DNA from: Gemmatimonadota bacterium
Lineage (GTDB): Bacteria > Gemmatimonadota > Gemmatimonadetes > Longimicrobiales > RSA9
Reading direction: 5' to 3'
Length of the DNA stretch: 64,000 nucleotides
Assembly: GCA_017881445.1 (NCBI GenBank)
Contig: JADGQX010000002.1
Coordinates: 610-64,609 of the forward strand
Part shown: positions 1-8,870 of the stretch, in pieces
Layout: each line of letters opens with the position of its first letter
Position numbering within the stretch: position 1 is the stretch's first letter
The notes under the pieces: generated by a model
Database searches by the model: none
Told to the model about the DNA's origin: nothing
The model's input: only the letters and a program-made list of their open reading frames with translations
Position numbers and translations under genes: made by a program

Positions 1-175
1 TGGACGACCAGACGTCGATGCCCTGGCCCGTTCCGAAGAGGTAGTACCTGCCGCCGGCCTGGATGGCGACGGGGTCGTGGATGCGGATGTCGACGTACTG
101 CGCTGCGGCCGGCGCGGAGCGCCCGGCCGTCGCGGCCGCCACCAGGGCGGCCGCGAGGAAGTGCCGCGCGCTCAT
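1..175 (-). CDS. GH43-family glycoside hydrolase, N-terminal fragment; the gene continues past the window start
   Basis: The reverse strand from ATG 175..173 reads MSARHFLAAALVAAATAGRSAPAAAQYVDIRIHDPVAIQAGGRYYLFGTGQGIDVWSS. This is a signal peptide followed by the HDP..YY.FGTG opening seen in GH43 arabinanases (compare 31037..32089). The start overlaps the stop of the upstream GH51 gene (ATGA at 172..175). Confidence 0.6.
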   Translation of the reverse strand, partial: MSARHFLAAALVAAATAGRSAPAAAQYVDIRIHDPVAIQAGGRYYLFGTGQGIDVWSS

Positions 176-1794
176 TGCAGCTCGAGCGCGACCACGGACA
201 TGGGGGGCAGCTCCAGGCTGAGCGTGCCGCCCGAGAGCCTGGCGCCCATAAAGGACACCGGGCGCACCAGGTTCGGCTGGTCGAAGGTGTTGTGCGCCTG
301 CATGGTGCTGGCCGTTAGCACGCGCCCGGACACCGTCTTCACCTTCGCCCCCTGCAGCTCCGTCGAGATCTTGCGCCCCTGGTTCGGGTCCATGTTGACC
401 AGGGTGACCAGGATCTTGCCGTCCTTCATGGAGGCCGAGGCGCTCACCGCCTGGATGGTGTCGGCGCCGAAGCTGGCCGTGCCGGCGTCGATGGTGAGCG
501 GCAGCAGCACCGCGCCCTGGTGCCCCTTGTACATCTCGAACACCCAGTAGGTGGGCGTCAGCAGCATCTTGTCGCCCTCGGTCAGCACCAGCGCCTGCAG
601 CACGTTCACCGTCTGCGCCAGGTTGGCCATCTTCACGCGGTCGGCGTGGCTGTTGAAGATGTTCAGGTGCACGCCGGCGATGACCGCGTCACGGATCGTG
701 TTCTGCTGGTATAGGAAGCCCGGGTTGGTGCCCGGCTCCACCTCGTGCCAGATGCCCCACTCGCCCACGACCAGCCAGATCCGCTTCATGGGGTCGTAGC
801 GGTCCATGATCGCCGAGTGCTGCCTGATCAGGTCGTCGATGCGCTGCGCGTTGCGCAGCGACGCGAACCACTCGGCCTCGCCGAAATTCGTGGCCGAGCG
901 CGAGAGCTGGGGGCCGGAGGGCGCCGCGCGCTGGGCGGGCTGGCCAGGAGCCGCCGGCGGAGCGCCCGCCGTAACCGGCGGGCGGAAGTTCGTCGTGCGC
1001 GTGTAGTAGTGGAAATCCAGCCCCAGGTTACTGGGGCCGAAGCCGCGGCGCGGACCCAGCGCCTGCAGGAAGCGCGCGGTCCAGGCCGTGTCGGCCGCGT
1101 TCGGGCCCGTGGCGATGAAGAACGGGCGCACGTCGCCGTTGGCGCGCACGTACGTGCTGTAGCGCTTGTAGTTGTCCGCGTAGAACTCCGGCGTCATGCC
1201 GCCGCCGCAGCCCCAGCTCTCGTTCCCCACCCCGAAGAAGCGCACGTTGAACGGCTCCGGGTGCCCGTTGGCTGCACGCTCCTTGGCCAGCGAGCTGGGC
1301 CCCGGCTGGTTCATATACTCCCACCAGTCCGCCATCTCCTGCGGCGAACCCGAGCCCACGTTGCCCACCACGAACGGCTCCGTGCCCAGGCGCTTCACCA
1401 GCTCGAAGTACTCGTGCGTGCCGAAGCTGTTGTCCTCCACCACGCCGCCCCAGGACGAGTTCACCATCTGGCGGCGCTTGTCGGCGGGGCCGATGCCGTC
1501 GCGCCAGTGGTAGTAGTCCGCGAAGCAGCCGCCCGGCCAGCGCAGGATCGGCACCTTCACGTTCTTGAGCGCGTCGATCACGTCGTCGCGCAGGTGCCAC
1601 TGGCCTGTCCCCGACCTGGTCCAGAAGCCGTCGTAGATCAGGCGCCCCAGGTGCTCGGAGAAGTGACCGTAGATGTAGCGGCTGATGGTGTCGTGGCCGA
1701 CCCCGACCTGCACCACCATCTTCTGCTGTGCGGCCAGGCGGGCGGGCAGCAGGAGGGCGAGGAGCACGGCCGCGCGGGTGATGCGCTGGATCAT
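172..1794 (-). CDS. GH51 alpha-L-arabinofuranosidase, secreted
   Basis: Blocks RWPGGCFADYYHWRDGIGP and FGVGNESWGCGG plus signal peptide LLALLLPARLAAQQ fit GH51. I moved the start to ATG 1794 because AGGAAG lies 7 nt upstream. The ORF-track start at 1821 is a GTG with no RBS. Confidence 0.9.
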   Translation of the reverse strand: MIQRITRAAVLLALLLPARLAAQQKMVVQVGVGHDTISRYIYGHFSEHLGRLIYDGFWTRSGTGQWHLRDDVIDALKNVKVPILRWPGGCFADYYHWRDGIGPADKRRQMVNSSWGGVVEDNSFGTHEYFELVKRLGTEPFVVGNVGSGSPQEMADWWEYMNQPGPSSLAKERAANGHPEPFNVRFFGVGNESWGCGGGMTPEFYADNYKRYSTYVRANGDVRPFFIATGPNAADTAWTARFLQALGPRRGFGPSNLGLDFHYYTRTTNFRPPVTAGAPPAAPGQPAQRAAPSGPQLSRSATNFGEAEWFASLRNAQRIDDLIRQHSAIMDRYDPMKRIWLVVGEWGIWHEVEPGTNPGFLYQQNTIRDAVIAGVHLNIFNSHADRVKMANLAQTVNVLQALVLTEGDKMLLTPTYWVFEMYKGHQGAVLLPLTIDAGTASFGADTIQAVSASASMKDGKILVTLVNMDPNQGRKISTELQGAKVKTVSGRVLTASTMQAHNTFDQPNLVRPVSFMGARLSGGTLSLELPPMSVVALELQ

Positions 1795-1959
1795 GTCGTT
1801 TCTTCCTTGGTGACCAGGCACGAAACTCGCGCGGCGTGCGCGCGCGTCGTTAGGTCGAAGGGTACAGGTGAATACTGGAGCAACACCGTGACCGCCGCGA
1901 TCGTCCCCATCGGTCCGAGCATGGTCACGAGCTCCGTTCCCCTATTGGGTTTGCGAAAG

Positions 1960-3345
1960 TCAGTTCGCGCGGCGGTACCCGCGCACGATCCTGCCATCCG
2001 ACGAGAGGCCCGCCAGCGTGGCCGCGTTGGCGGCGAGCACGAGGCGATCGGTCCGGGCGCCCGATGACCCGGCCGCATTCCACTGCACCGTGAGCGTCGG
2101 CGCCGTATAGGACCACTGCCCGGTGCGATCGCAGGCGACGGCAGCGCCATCCTCCGCCTTCAGCTCGATGTCGCGCGCCCCTTCGCTCCCGGCCCAGTAG
2201 GCCCAGTGGCCGGCCAGCGCCGGCGACGCCGGAGGAGGCCCCGTGGGCCCGCCGTCGTACGGCTCACCGGCGACCGGCCAGCCATCGGCATCCCACAGCA
2301 GCGGCCTCACCTGCAGGTGAGGGCCGCCGTTGTCAGCGGCATCGTAGAAGTGATGCACCAGGAAGTACTGCCCGTCCTTCTGCAGCACGGAGGCGTGCCC
2401 GGGCCCGAGCATCCGCCCGTAACCCGTCAGCACGGGCGTGCCGCCGCCGGCCGTCATGCTCACACCGGCCTGGTCCAGGTAGGCGCCCGTCACGCTGGCC
2501 GAGCGGCCGACCCGCACGTTATACGTGCTGTTCACGCCGTTGCAGCAGTTGTCGAATGACGCGAACAGGTAGTAGTAGCCGCCCCGCCGGACGATGTACG
2601 CGCCCTCGATCGACTTCTCGAGCGGACGCCTCGCCAGCGACCAGATCGTGGAGTCCGTCGGCGAAAGGAAGCCGGTGGCCCGGTCCAGCGCGCGCAGCTT
2701 GATGCCGCCGCCCCAGGAGCCCCAGGCCAGCCACAGCTTGCCATCGGCGTCCTCGATCACGGCCGGGTCGATTGCGTTGTAGTCGTAGCCCGCAAAGGAC
2801 TCCACCACCTTGCCCCGGTCCTGCCAGCCGTAGCCAGGCGCTGCCGGATCGAGCGTCGTGTTGGTGGTCAGGCCGATCACCGAGCGGGGGCTGCCGAACG
2901 TCGAGAGGGCGTAATAGAGCCGGTACTGCCCGTCCACATACGCCACGGCGGGAGCCCACGGTGCCTCCACGCCCGGCAGCGCGCTCCGGGCCCAGCCGGG
3001 CAGCTGGTCCGGGAACACGCGCCCGAGGAAGGTCCAGCTCATCAGGTCCCGGGATCGCCGGATCGGGATCCCGTCATTCGTGGAGAAGACGTAATAGTCG
3101 GAGCCCGCCTGCACGATCTCGGGATCGTGCACGTCACGCGTGTCCCCCGTCTGCGTCGGCTGCGGGTAGGGGGCAGCCGCATCGGCGCAGGGGTTCTCGG
3201 TCGGCGCCACGCCGGCGTCCTTGCCGGCGCAGGCGGCGGCGAGGCATGCAATGAGCAGGAGGCAGGCGGACCTCGTGGACCTCACTCCGTTTAGCGGGTC
3301 TTCTGAATTTTGCGCCGCATTCTGAACCGCGACTCCAACGTCCAA
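1960..3345 (-). CDS. GH43 endo-1,5-alpha-L-arabinanase-like lipoprotein with an extra C-terminal domain
   Basis: DVHDPEIVQAGSDYYVFST, WAPAVAYVDGQYRLYY and NAIDPAVIEDADGKLWLAWGSWGGGIKL are GH43 arabinanase blocks. The ORF-track start at 3345 is TTG. GTG 3285 would give (M)RSTRSACLLLIAC, which has a lipobox. About 100 further residues follow the propeller. Confidence 0.85.
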   Translation of the reverse strand: MDVGVAVQNAAQNSEDPLNGVRSTRSACLLLIACLAAACAGKDAGVAPTENPCADAAAPYPQPTQTGDTRDVHDPEIVQAGSDYYVFSTNDGIPIRRSRDLMSWTFLGRVFPDQLPGWARSALPGVEAPWAPAVAYVDGQYRLYYALSTFGSPRSVIGLTTNTTLDPAAPGYGWQDRGKVVESFAGYDYNAIDPAVIEDADGKLWLAWGSWGGGIKLRALDRATGFLSPTDSTIWSLARRPLEKSIEGAYIVRRGGYYYLFASFDNCCNGVNSTYNVRVGRSASVTGAYLDQAGVSMTAGGGTPVLTGYGRMLGPGHASVLQKDGQYFLVHHFYDAADNGGPHLQVRPLLWDADGWPVAGEPYDGGPTGPPPASPALAGHWAYWAGSEGARDIELKAEDGAAVACDRTGQWSYTAPTLTVQWNAAGSSGARTDRLVLAANAATLAGLSSDGRIVRGYRRAN

Positions 3346-3361
3346 ACTGGTTCAGACGCGT

Positions 3362-3390
3362 ATTATATGATGGGCTGAAAATCGCGTCAA
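3362..3390 (-). promoter_or_regulatory. sigma70-like promoter for the GH43/GH51 operon
   Basis: The reverse strand reads TTGACG (3390..3385), a 17-nt spacer, then TATAAT (3367..3362). This is near consensus and sits immediately upstream of the GH43 gene in an AT-rich patch. Confidence 0.5.
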
Positions 3391-3449
3391 GCCTTCCTTT
3401 ACAGGGCCGGCGATGGCGCCGGTACCGGGTGTGTAGCCGGGTGTCGGTG

Positions 3450-4520
3450 CTAGACGGCCGCGACGGGTTGAGCGCCGCGGGGCATGACCCTGGGCGGAGC
3501 GGTAGTCTCGCGGACCACGAGTTCGGCGTTGAGGTAGACTTTCCGGGGCGAGCCGGGGTTGGGGTCCTCGATCTCGTTGTGGAGGATCTCGGCGGCGGTC
3601 CTGCCGACCTCGAACTTGGGGACTCTCACGCTGGTGAGGCGGGAGGAGGCGGACAGGTAGTTGAGGATCTTGAGGTCGTCGTATCCGACCACGGAGATGT
3701 CGTGGGGGACTCGGAGTCCGAGCTCGTCGAGCGCGCAGCAGAGACCGAGGGCGACGAGGTCGTTGTAACAGGTGACGCCGGTCGGGCGGTCATCCGGGTG
3801 GAGGTCGCGGAAGAACTGGAGGCCGGCGCGGTAGCCGTCCTCGAGGCTGTCGCCGGCGCGGACGACCAGTGCCCTGGAGAAGATGAGTGGCGACTCGCTG
3901 TATGCGCTGCGCACGCCATCCAGGCGCTCCTGGCTGTGGAGCGAGTACTGGGGCCCGGCGAAGTGGACGATGTGGGCGTGTCCGAGCTCGATCAGGTGGC
4001 GCGCGGCGGACTTGGAACCCTCGATGTTGTCCACGTCGACCAGGTTCGCCTGGATGCCGCGGATCTCCTCGAGCAGGACGAAACTGAGGTTGCGGCGCTT
4101 CAGGTCGAAGATGTGGGAGAGGTCGGTCTCGTTGTCGAGGACGGGGGTGAGCAGGATGCCATCGACGTCCTTGAGCGTCATGACTTTGACGATGCGCTGC
4201 TCCGCCTTGAAGTCGCCCTCGCTGGCGGCGACGAGCATCACGTACCCGCGCTCCCGCAGATAGCTCTCGGCGCCGGTGATGATCTCGGCGTAGTACGGGT
4301 TCCCGATCTCGCGCAGGACGAAGCCGACGCTGCGCAGCGTCTCGGTGGAGGTCCGCCGGCGCGCGGTCGCCCGGGGGCGGTAGTTGAGCCGCCGGATCGC
4401 CTCGAGCACCTCTGCGCGGGTGCTCTCCTTGACCGTTTTTTTGTCGTTCAGGACGGCCGAAACGGTCCCCTTGGAGACGCCGGCCAGGTCCGCAACGTCC
4501 TGGAGGGTCCGTCGGCCCAC
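3450..4520 (-). CDS. LacI-family transcriptional regulator
   Basis: The N-terminal HTH reads RRTLQDVADLAGVSKGTVSAVLNDKKTVKESTRAEVLEAIRRLNYRP, followed by a sugar-binding-fold core. I chose GTG 4520 because GAGG lies just upstream. The track start at 4709 adds 63 non-homologous residues across the divergent promoter region. Confidence 0.85.
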   Translation of the reverse strand: MGRRTLQDVADLAGVSKGTVSAVLNDKKTVKESTRAEVLEAIRRLNYRPRATARRRTSTETLRSVGFVLREIGNPYYAEIITGAESYLRERGYVMLVAASEGDFKAEQRIVKVMTLKDVDGILLTPVLDNETDLSHIFDLKRRNLSFVLLEEIRGIQANLVDVDNIEGSKSAARHLIELGHAHIVHFAGPQYSLHSQERLDGVRSAYSESPLIFSRALVVRAGDSLEDGYRAGLQFFRDLHPDDRPTGVTCYNDLVALGLCCALDELGLRVPHDISVVGYDDLKILNYLSASSRLTSVRVPKFEVGRTAAEILHNEIEDPNPGSPRKVYLNAELVVRETTAPPRVMPRGAQPVAAV

Positions 4521-4572
4521 GTTCGCCTCGCGCGGAGATCCGGAGAGAAGGGCGGGGTGGTTGAACGGCAAA

Positions 4573-4602
4573 AGTATAATGCCGAATTGGTGGGTAGCGC
4601 AA
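4573..4602 (-). promoter_or_regulatory. candidate sigma70-like promoter of the LacI-family gene
   Basis: The reverse strand reads TTGCGC (4602..4597), an 18-nt spacer, then TATACT (4578..4573). It lies about 50 nt upstream of GTG 4520. Confidence 0.4.
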
Positions 4603-4612
4603 AACGTTGACT
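4599..4612. promoter_or_regulatory. weak candidate LacI-type operator half-palindrome
   Basis: GCAAAACGTTGACT is centred on CG. Only the right half fits a LacI/CcpA-type half site. It overlaps the -35 of the regulator promoter candidate. A related TGAAAACGTAAAAT occurs at 13633..13646 inside the susC promoter candidate. Confidence 0.2.
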
Positions 4613-4684
4613 CCGTTAGGCACCCCGCGTACACTCGTCGAGATTCGAAATGGTTCAGATTGGTTCGACACTCCTTGACTTTCC

Positions 4685-4707
4685 GGGCCTCGCACGGGGC
4701 GAGGCCC
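4685..4707 (+). promoter_or_regulatory. perfect 9-bp stem-loop in the galM leader / divergent control region
   Basis: GGGCCTCGC-ACGGG-GCGAGGCCC lies 29 nt upstream of the galM ATG. It sits between divergent genes, so it is not a terminator. Its function is unknown. Confidence 0.3.
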
Positions 4708-4735
4708 ACAGCCCGGTAGCAGGGAACAAGACCCG

Positions 4736-5872
4736 ATGAAGAAGAACGGGATGGTGCTCATGACGATCGTGAGCGCGGCGGCTGCCGTGAGTCACGCGTC
4801 CGCGGTCTCGGCGCAGGGTGTGGAGCGTGCGGCGTTCGGGACGGTGGCGGGTCGTCCGGTGGAGGTGTACACGCTGCGCAACGCGAAGGGCGTCGAGGCG
4901 CGGGTAACGAACTTCGGCGGCGTGATCGTGTCGTTGAAGACGCCGGACCGAGCGGGCAAGCTCGAGGACATCGTGCTGGGCTTCGACTCGGTGACGCCGT
5001 ACATCGCCGGGGCTCCGTACTTCGGGGCGATCATCGGCCGTTACGGCAACCGGATCGGCAACGCGCAGTTCACGCTGGACGGCAAGACCTACACGCTGGC
5101 GAAGAACGACGGCGCGAATCACCTGCATGGCGGGGTGAAGGGTTTCGACAAGGTGATCTGGGCGGCGGAGCCGTTCACGGGGAAGGGTGAGCGGGGGCTG
5201 GTGCTGAAGTACACGAGTGCGGACGGCGAGGAGGGGTATCCGGGGACGCTGAAGGCGACGGTCACGTACACGCTCACGGATGCGAACGAGCTGGCGGTGG
5301 AGTACGTGGCGACGACCGACAAGGCCACGCCGGTGAACCTGACCCAGCACAGCTACTTCAACCTGGCGGGTGCGGGGATTGGCGACATCCTGGGGCACAA
5401 GCTGATGATCGCGGCGTCCGGGTTCACGCCGGTGGATGCGGGTCTGATCCCGACGGGGGCGATCGCGCCGGTGAAGGGGACGCCGTTCGATTTCCGGGTT
5501 CCGACGGCGATCGGCGCGCGCATTGACGCGGACGATCCGCAGCTGAAGAACGGCAAGGGCTACGACCACAACTGGGTGCTGGACCGGAAGGGGAAGGGGC
5601 TGCAGCTGGCGGCGCGGGTGGTTGAGCCCACGAGCGGGCGCACGCTGGAGGTGCGGACGACGGAGCCGGGCCTGCAGTTCTACGCGGGCAACTTCCTGGA
5701 TGGGACGATCAAGGGCAAAGGCGGGAAGGTGTACGGTCACCGGACCGGCTTCTGCCTGGAGACGCAGCACTACCCCGATTCCCCGAACAAGGCGTCGTTC
5801 CCGTCGACGATCCTGCGCCCAGGGCAGGAGTACCGGACGCGGACCGTGTTCGCGCTCGGGGTCGCGAAGTAG
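4736..5872 (+). CDS. galM: aldose 1-epimerase (mutarotase) with a signal peptide
   Basis: Blocks FGAIIGRYGNRIGNAQFTLDGKTYTLAKNDGANHLHGG, NLTQHSYFNL and GFCLETQHYPDSPN are typical of GalM. The N-terminus MKKNGMVLMTIVSAAAAVSHASAVSAQG looks exported. Confidence 0.9.
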   Translation: MKKNGMVLMTIVSAAAAVSHASAVSAQGVERAAFGTVAGRPVEVYTLRNAKGVEARVTNFGGVIVSLKTPDRAGKLEDIVLGFDSVTPYIAGAPYFGAIIGRYGNRIGNAQFTLDGKTYTLAKNDGANHLHGGVKGFDKVIWAAEPFTGKGERGLVLKYTSADGEEGYPGTLKATVTYTLTDANELAVEYVATTDKATPVNLTQHSYFNLAGAGIGDILGHKLMIAASGFTPVDAGLIPTGAIAPVKGTPFDFRVPTAIGARIDADDPQLKNGKGYDHNWVLDRKGKGLQLAARVVEPTSGRTLEVRTTEPGLQFYAGNFLDGTIKGKGGKVYGHRTGFCLETQHYPDSPNKASFPSTILRPGQEYRTRTVFALGVAK

Positions 5873-5997
5873 GGGCATGGCAGGAAACGCCGGTGTCCGG
5901 CGCGCTGCCAGGCGCGCCGGGCGGCCGGCCGCGGTTCTTCCGAATACTTCGGCTCGCGCAGGCGCGCCTGAATCATCGCGGGTAACCGGAGACCATC

Positions 5998-7696
5998 ATG
6001 GCACGAGCATTCGCCCTGGGACTCGACTACGGGACCAACTCGGTCCGCGCGGTCGTGGTGGACTGCGCCGACGGTTCGGCGCTGGGCACGCATGTGTTCG
6101 ACTACCCGTCCGGCGAAGCGGGCGTCCTGCTCGACCCGCGCGACCCGCTCCTGGCCCGGCAGAACCCGGCCGACTATCTGGAGGGGCTGCGGCAGGCGAC
6201 GCGGGGTGCCCTGGCGGCGGCGGCCGCGGACCCGGGGTTCTCGCCGGCGCGCGTGGTCGGCATCGGAGTGGACACGACGGGTTCGACGCCGATCCCGGTG
6301 GATGCGAACGACCGGGCGCTGGCGCTGGACCCGAAGTGGGCGGACAACCGTGCGGCGCACGCATGGCTGTGGAAGGATCACACCTCGACGGCGGAAGCCG
6401 CGGCCATCACCGAGATGGCGCGGGAATACGCCCCGGAGTACCTGGCCCCTATCGGCGGGATCTACTCGTCGGAGTGGTTCTGGGCGAAGGTCTGGCACTG
6501 CCTGAAGGTGGCGCCGGACGTGTTCGACGCCGCCTACAGCTGGGTGGAGCTGGCGGACTATCATCCCGGCGGCGCTGGCGGGCGTGAGCGACACGCGCGA
6601 CGTCCCGCGCTGCGTGTGCGCGGCCGGCCACAAGGCAATGTACTCGCGGACGTGGGGCGGTCTGCCGTCCAAGGAGTTCCTGGCGCGACTCGATCCGAGG
6701 CTGGCGGAGCTGCGGGATCGGCTGTTCGAGGAGGCATATCCGTCGGACCGGCCGGCGGGGAAGCTGTCGCAGGAGTGGGCGGACGCGCTGGGGCTGCCGG
6801 CGGGCATTCCCATCGCCATGGGCGGCTTCGACGCCCACTACGGCGCCGTCGGCTCCACCGTCGAGCCGGGCACGCTCGTGAAGATCATCGGGACGTCCAC
6901 CTGTGACATCACGGTGGCTCCGTCGCAGACGCCGCTCGCGGACGTGCCGGGGATCTGCGGCACTGTGGATGGCTCGGTGATGCCAGGCTACTACGGCATC
7001 GAGGCGGGGCAGTCAGCGGTGGGCGACCTGCTGCGCTGGTGGGTGGAAGATGTCTGCGAGGGCGATGCGTCGCTGCACGTGCGGCTGTCGGAGGAGGCCG
7101 CCCGCCTGCGCCCGGGCGAGTCGGGGCTGCTGGCGCTGGACTGGAACAACGGCAACCGCACGATCCTGGTGGACACCCGTCTCACCGGACTGCTGCTGGG
7201 CCAGACGCTGCACACGACGCGGGCGGAGGTCTACCGGGCGCTCATCGAGGCGACGGCGTTCGGGGCGCGGGCGATCATCGAGCGGCTGACGGATTCCGGA
7301 GTGCCGGTCGAGCGGGTGGTATGCTGCGGAGGAATCGCGGCCAAGAACGACCTGTTCATGCAGATCTACGCCGACGTGCTGAACTGCCCGATGCTGCTGG
7401 CCGCCTCGAGCCAGACGCCCGCATTGGGCGCGGCCGTGGCCGCGGCGGTGGTCGCGGGCCCGGAAGCCGGCGGCTATGCGACGTTCGCCGAGGCGCAGGC
7501 CCGGATGACGTCGCTGAAGTCGGAGCGGTTCACGCCCAACCCGGCGGCGAGCGCGGTCTACGACGAGCTGTACGCGATGTACCGGGAGCTGCACGACGTC
7601 TTCGGCGCGGTACCGCAGGCGAAAGCGGACCTGCCCACGCTCATGAAGCGGCTGCTGTCGCTGCGGGAGCGGGTGGTGGCGGAGGCGGGTGCATGA
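5998..7696 (+). pseudogene. araB: ribulokinase (FGGY family) interrupted by an apparent 1-nt frameshift near 6559..6565
   Basis: ORFs 5998..6906 (frame 1) and 6584..7696 (frame 2) together span 1699 nt, which is 566 codons plus 1 nt. The N-terminal part has LGLDYGTNSVRAVVVD, GVDTTGSTPIPVD and IYSSEWFWAKVWH. The C-terminal part has CAAGHKAMYS, GGFDAHYGAVGS, IIGTSTCD and CCGGIAAKNDLFMQIYADV. Homology switches frame at SWVELADY | IPAALAGVSDT (GAC TAT C ATC CCG). This could be a true pseudogene or a sequencing indel. Confidence 0.8.
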
Positions 7697-8391
7697 GGTT
7701 GGAGGAGCTTCGCACGAGTGTCTGGAAGGCGAACCTGGAGCTGGGCTCGAGCGGGCTGGTCCGGGGCACGTTCGGCAACGTGTCGGGCGTGGACCGCGCG
7801 GCGAACGCGTTCGCCATCAAGCCCAGCGGCGTGCCCTACGAGGAGCTGACGCCAGAGCACATGGTGCTGGTGTCGCTGGAGACGGGGGAGGTGCTGGAGG
7901 GCGAGTTGCGGCCGTCGTCGGACACGCCCACGCACCTGGAGCTGTACCGCTCGTTCCCGGTGGGCGGAGTCGCGCACACGCACTCGGAGCACGCCACGGC
8001 GCTGGCGCAGGCCAGGGTGCCGCTGCGCTGCATGGGCACGACGCACGCCGACTACTTCTGCGGCGATGTGCCGGTGACGCGCGAGATGACGCGGGAGGAA
8101 GTCGAGAGCGCGTACGAGCGCAACACGGGCGTGGTGATCGTGGAGACGTTCACCAGCGCCGGCATCTCGCCGGAGGAAGTGGGCGCGGTGCTGGTGGCGA
8201 ACCACGGTCCGTTCACGTGGGGCAAGGACGCGCACGAGGCGGTTTCGCGCTCTGACATCCTGGAGCTGCTGGCGCGCATGGAGTGCACGGTGCGGGCAAT
8301 GGCGCCGGACGCGGCCCCACCGGCGAGATACCTCATCGACAAGCATTTCCTCCGGAAGCACGGCAGCGGCGCCTACTATGGACAGAAGTGA
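7693..8391 (+). CDS. araD: L-ribulose-5-phosphate 4-epimerase
   Basis: MRLEELRTSVWKANLELGSSGLVRGTFGNVSGVDR, PSSDTPTHLELYR and VAHTHSEHATA are class II aldolase/AraD blocks. ATG 7693 overlaps the araB stop (ATGA). The longer track ORF from 7039 is an out-of-context extension over araB. Confidence 0.9.
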   Translation: MRLEELRTSVWKANLELGSSGLVRGTFGNVSGVDRAANAFAIKPSGVPYEELTPEHMVLVSLETGEVLEGELRPSSDTPTHLELYRSFPVGGVAHTHSEHATALAQARVPLRCMGTTHADYFCGDVPVTREMTREEVESAYERNTGVVIVETFTSAGISPEEVGAVLVANHGPFTWGKDAHEAVSRSDILELLARMECTVRAMAPDAAPPARYLIDKHFLRKHGSGAYYGQK

Positions 8392-8767
8392 GGGTCCCGC
8401 GGGCGCTGCATGCGGCGGGCTGGCTGCAGGCGATCGCATCCTCGGCGCCTCGCCTGAACATCCAGGTGATGCGCCGGGTGCTCGGCTTCGAGGGGCTGAT
8501 CGAGACGTTCGTGTCCGCCGACGACGTCCGGATGGGCAAGCCGGATCCGGAGGTATTCCTGACCGCGGCGGGACGGCTGAACGTGCCGCCGGGGCGCTGC
8601 ATCGTGGTGGAGGACGCGGCCGCCGGGATCGAGGCGGCGCACCGCGCCGGCATGCGCTGCATCGGCGTTGGCGGGGGCGGGGCCGGGGCCGGGGCCGACC
8701 TGGCGGTGCGCTCGCAACCGACCTGCCACCCGGCGCGTTCGAGGAGCTGCTGCAGGAGCCGTCATAG
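8392..8767 (+). pseudogene. HAD-superfamily (beta-phosphoglucomutase-like) hydrolase remnant, N-terminally truncated and frameshifted
   Basis: Directly after the araD stop, the frame reads ALHAAGWLQAIASSAPRLNIQVMRRVLGFEGLIETFVSADDVRMGKPDPEVFLTAAGRLNVPPGRCIVVEDAAAGIEAAHRAGMRCIGVG. These are HAD motifs II-IV, but the ~100 aa carrying the DxD nucleophile motif are absent. The natural C-terminus LATDLPPGAFEELLQEPS* is in another frame (stop at 8767). Confidence 0.6.
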
Positions 8768-8870
8768 CTGTCCGCCCGTTCGCCATCGCCCGCTGCGCCG
8801 CTGCCGTCCAGGCTGCTCCGCCCAACCGCCGGGAGCGCCGCCGCGAGGCTCCCGACTGGAGGCACTGACG

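Noticed and set aside
172-175. ATGA start/stop overlaps (also at 7693..7696) as something unusual
   Set aside because: This is ordinary translational coupling within operons. I recorded it only as support for operon structure.
4575-4580. A forward-strand TATAAT as the galM promoter -10
   Set aside because: The corresponding -35 position reads GCGGGG and there is no extended -10 TG. The hexamer largely overlaps the reverse-strand TATACT of the regulator promoter. The galM promoter remains unidentified.
6550-6575. Programmed ribosomal frameshifting in araB
   Set aside because: There is no slippery heptamer, no rare or stop codon context typical of +1 sites, and no obvious downstream structure. 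A mutation or sequencing indel is the simpler explanation.
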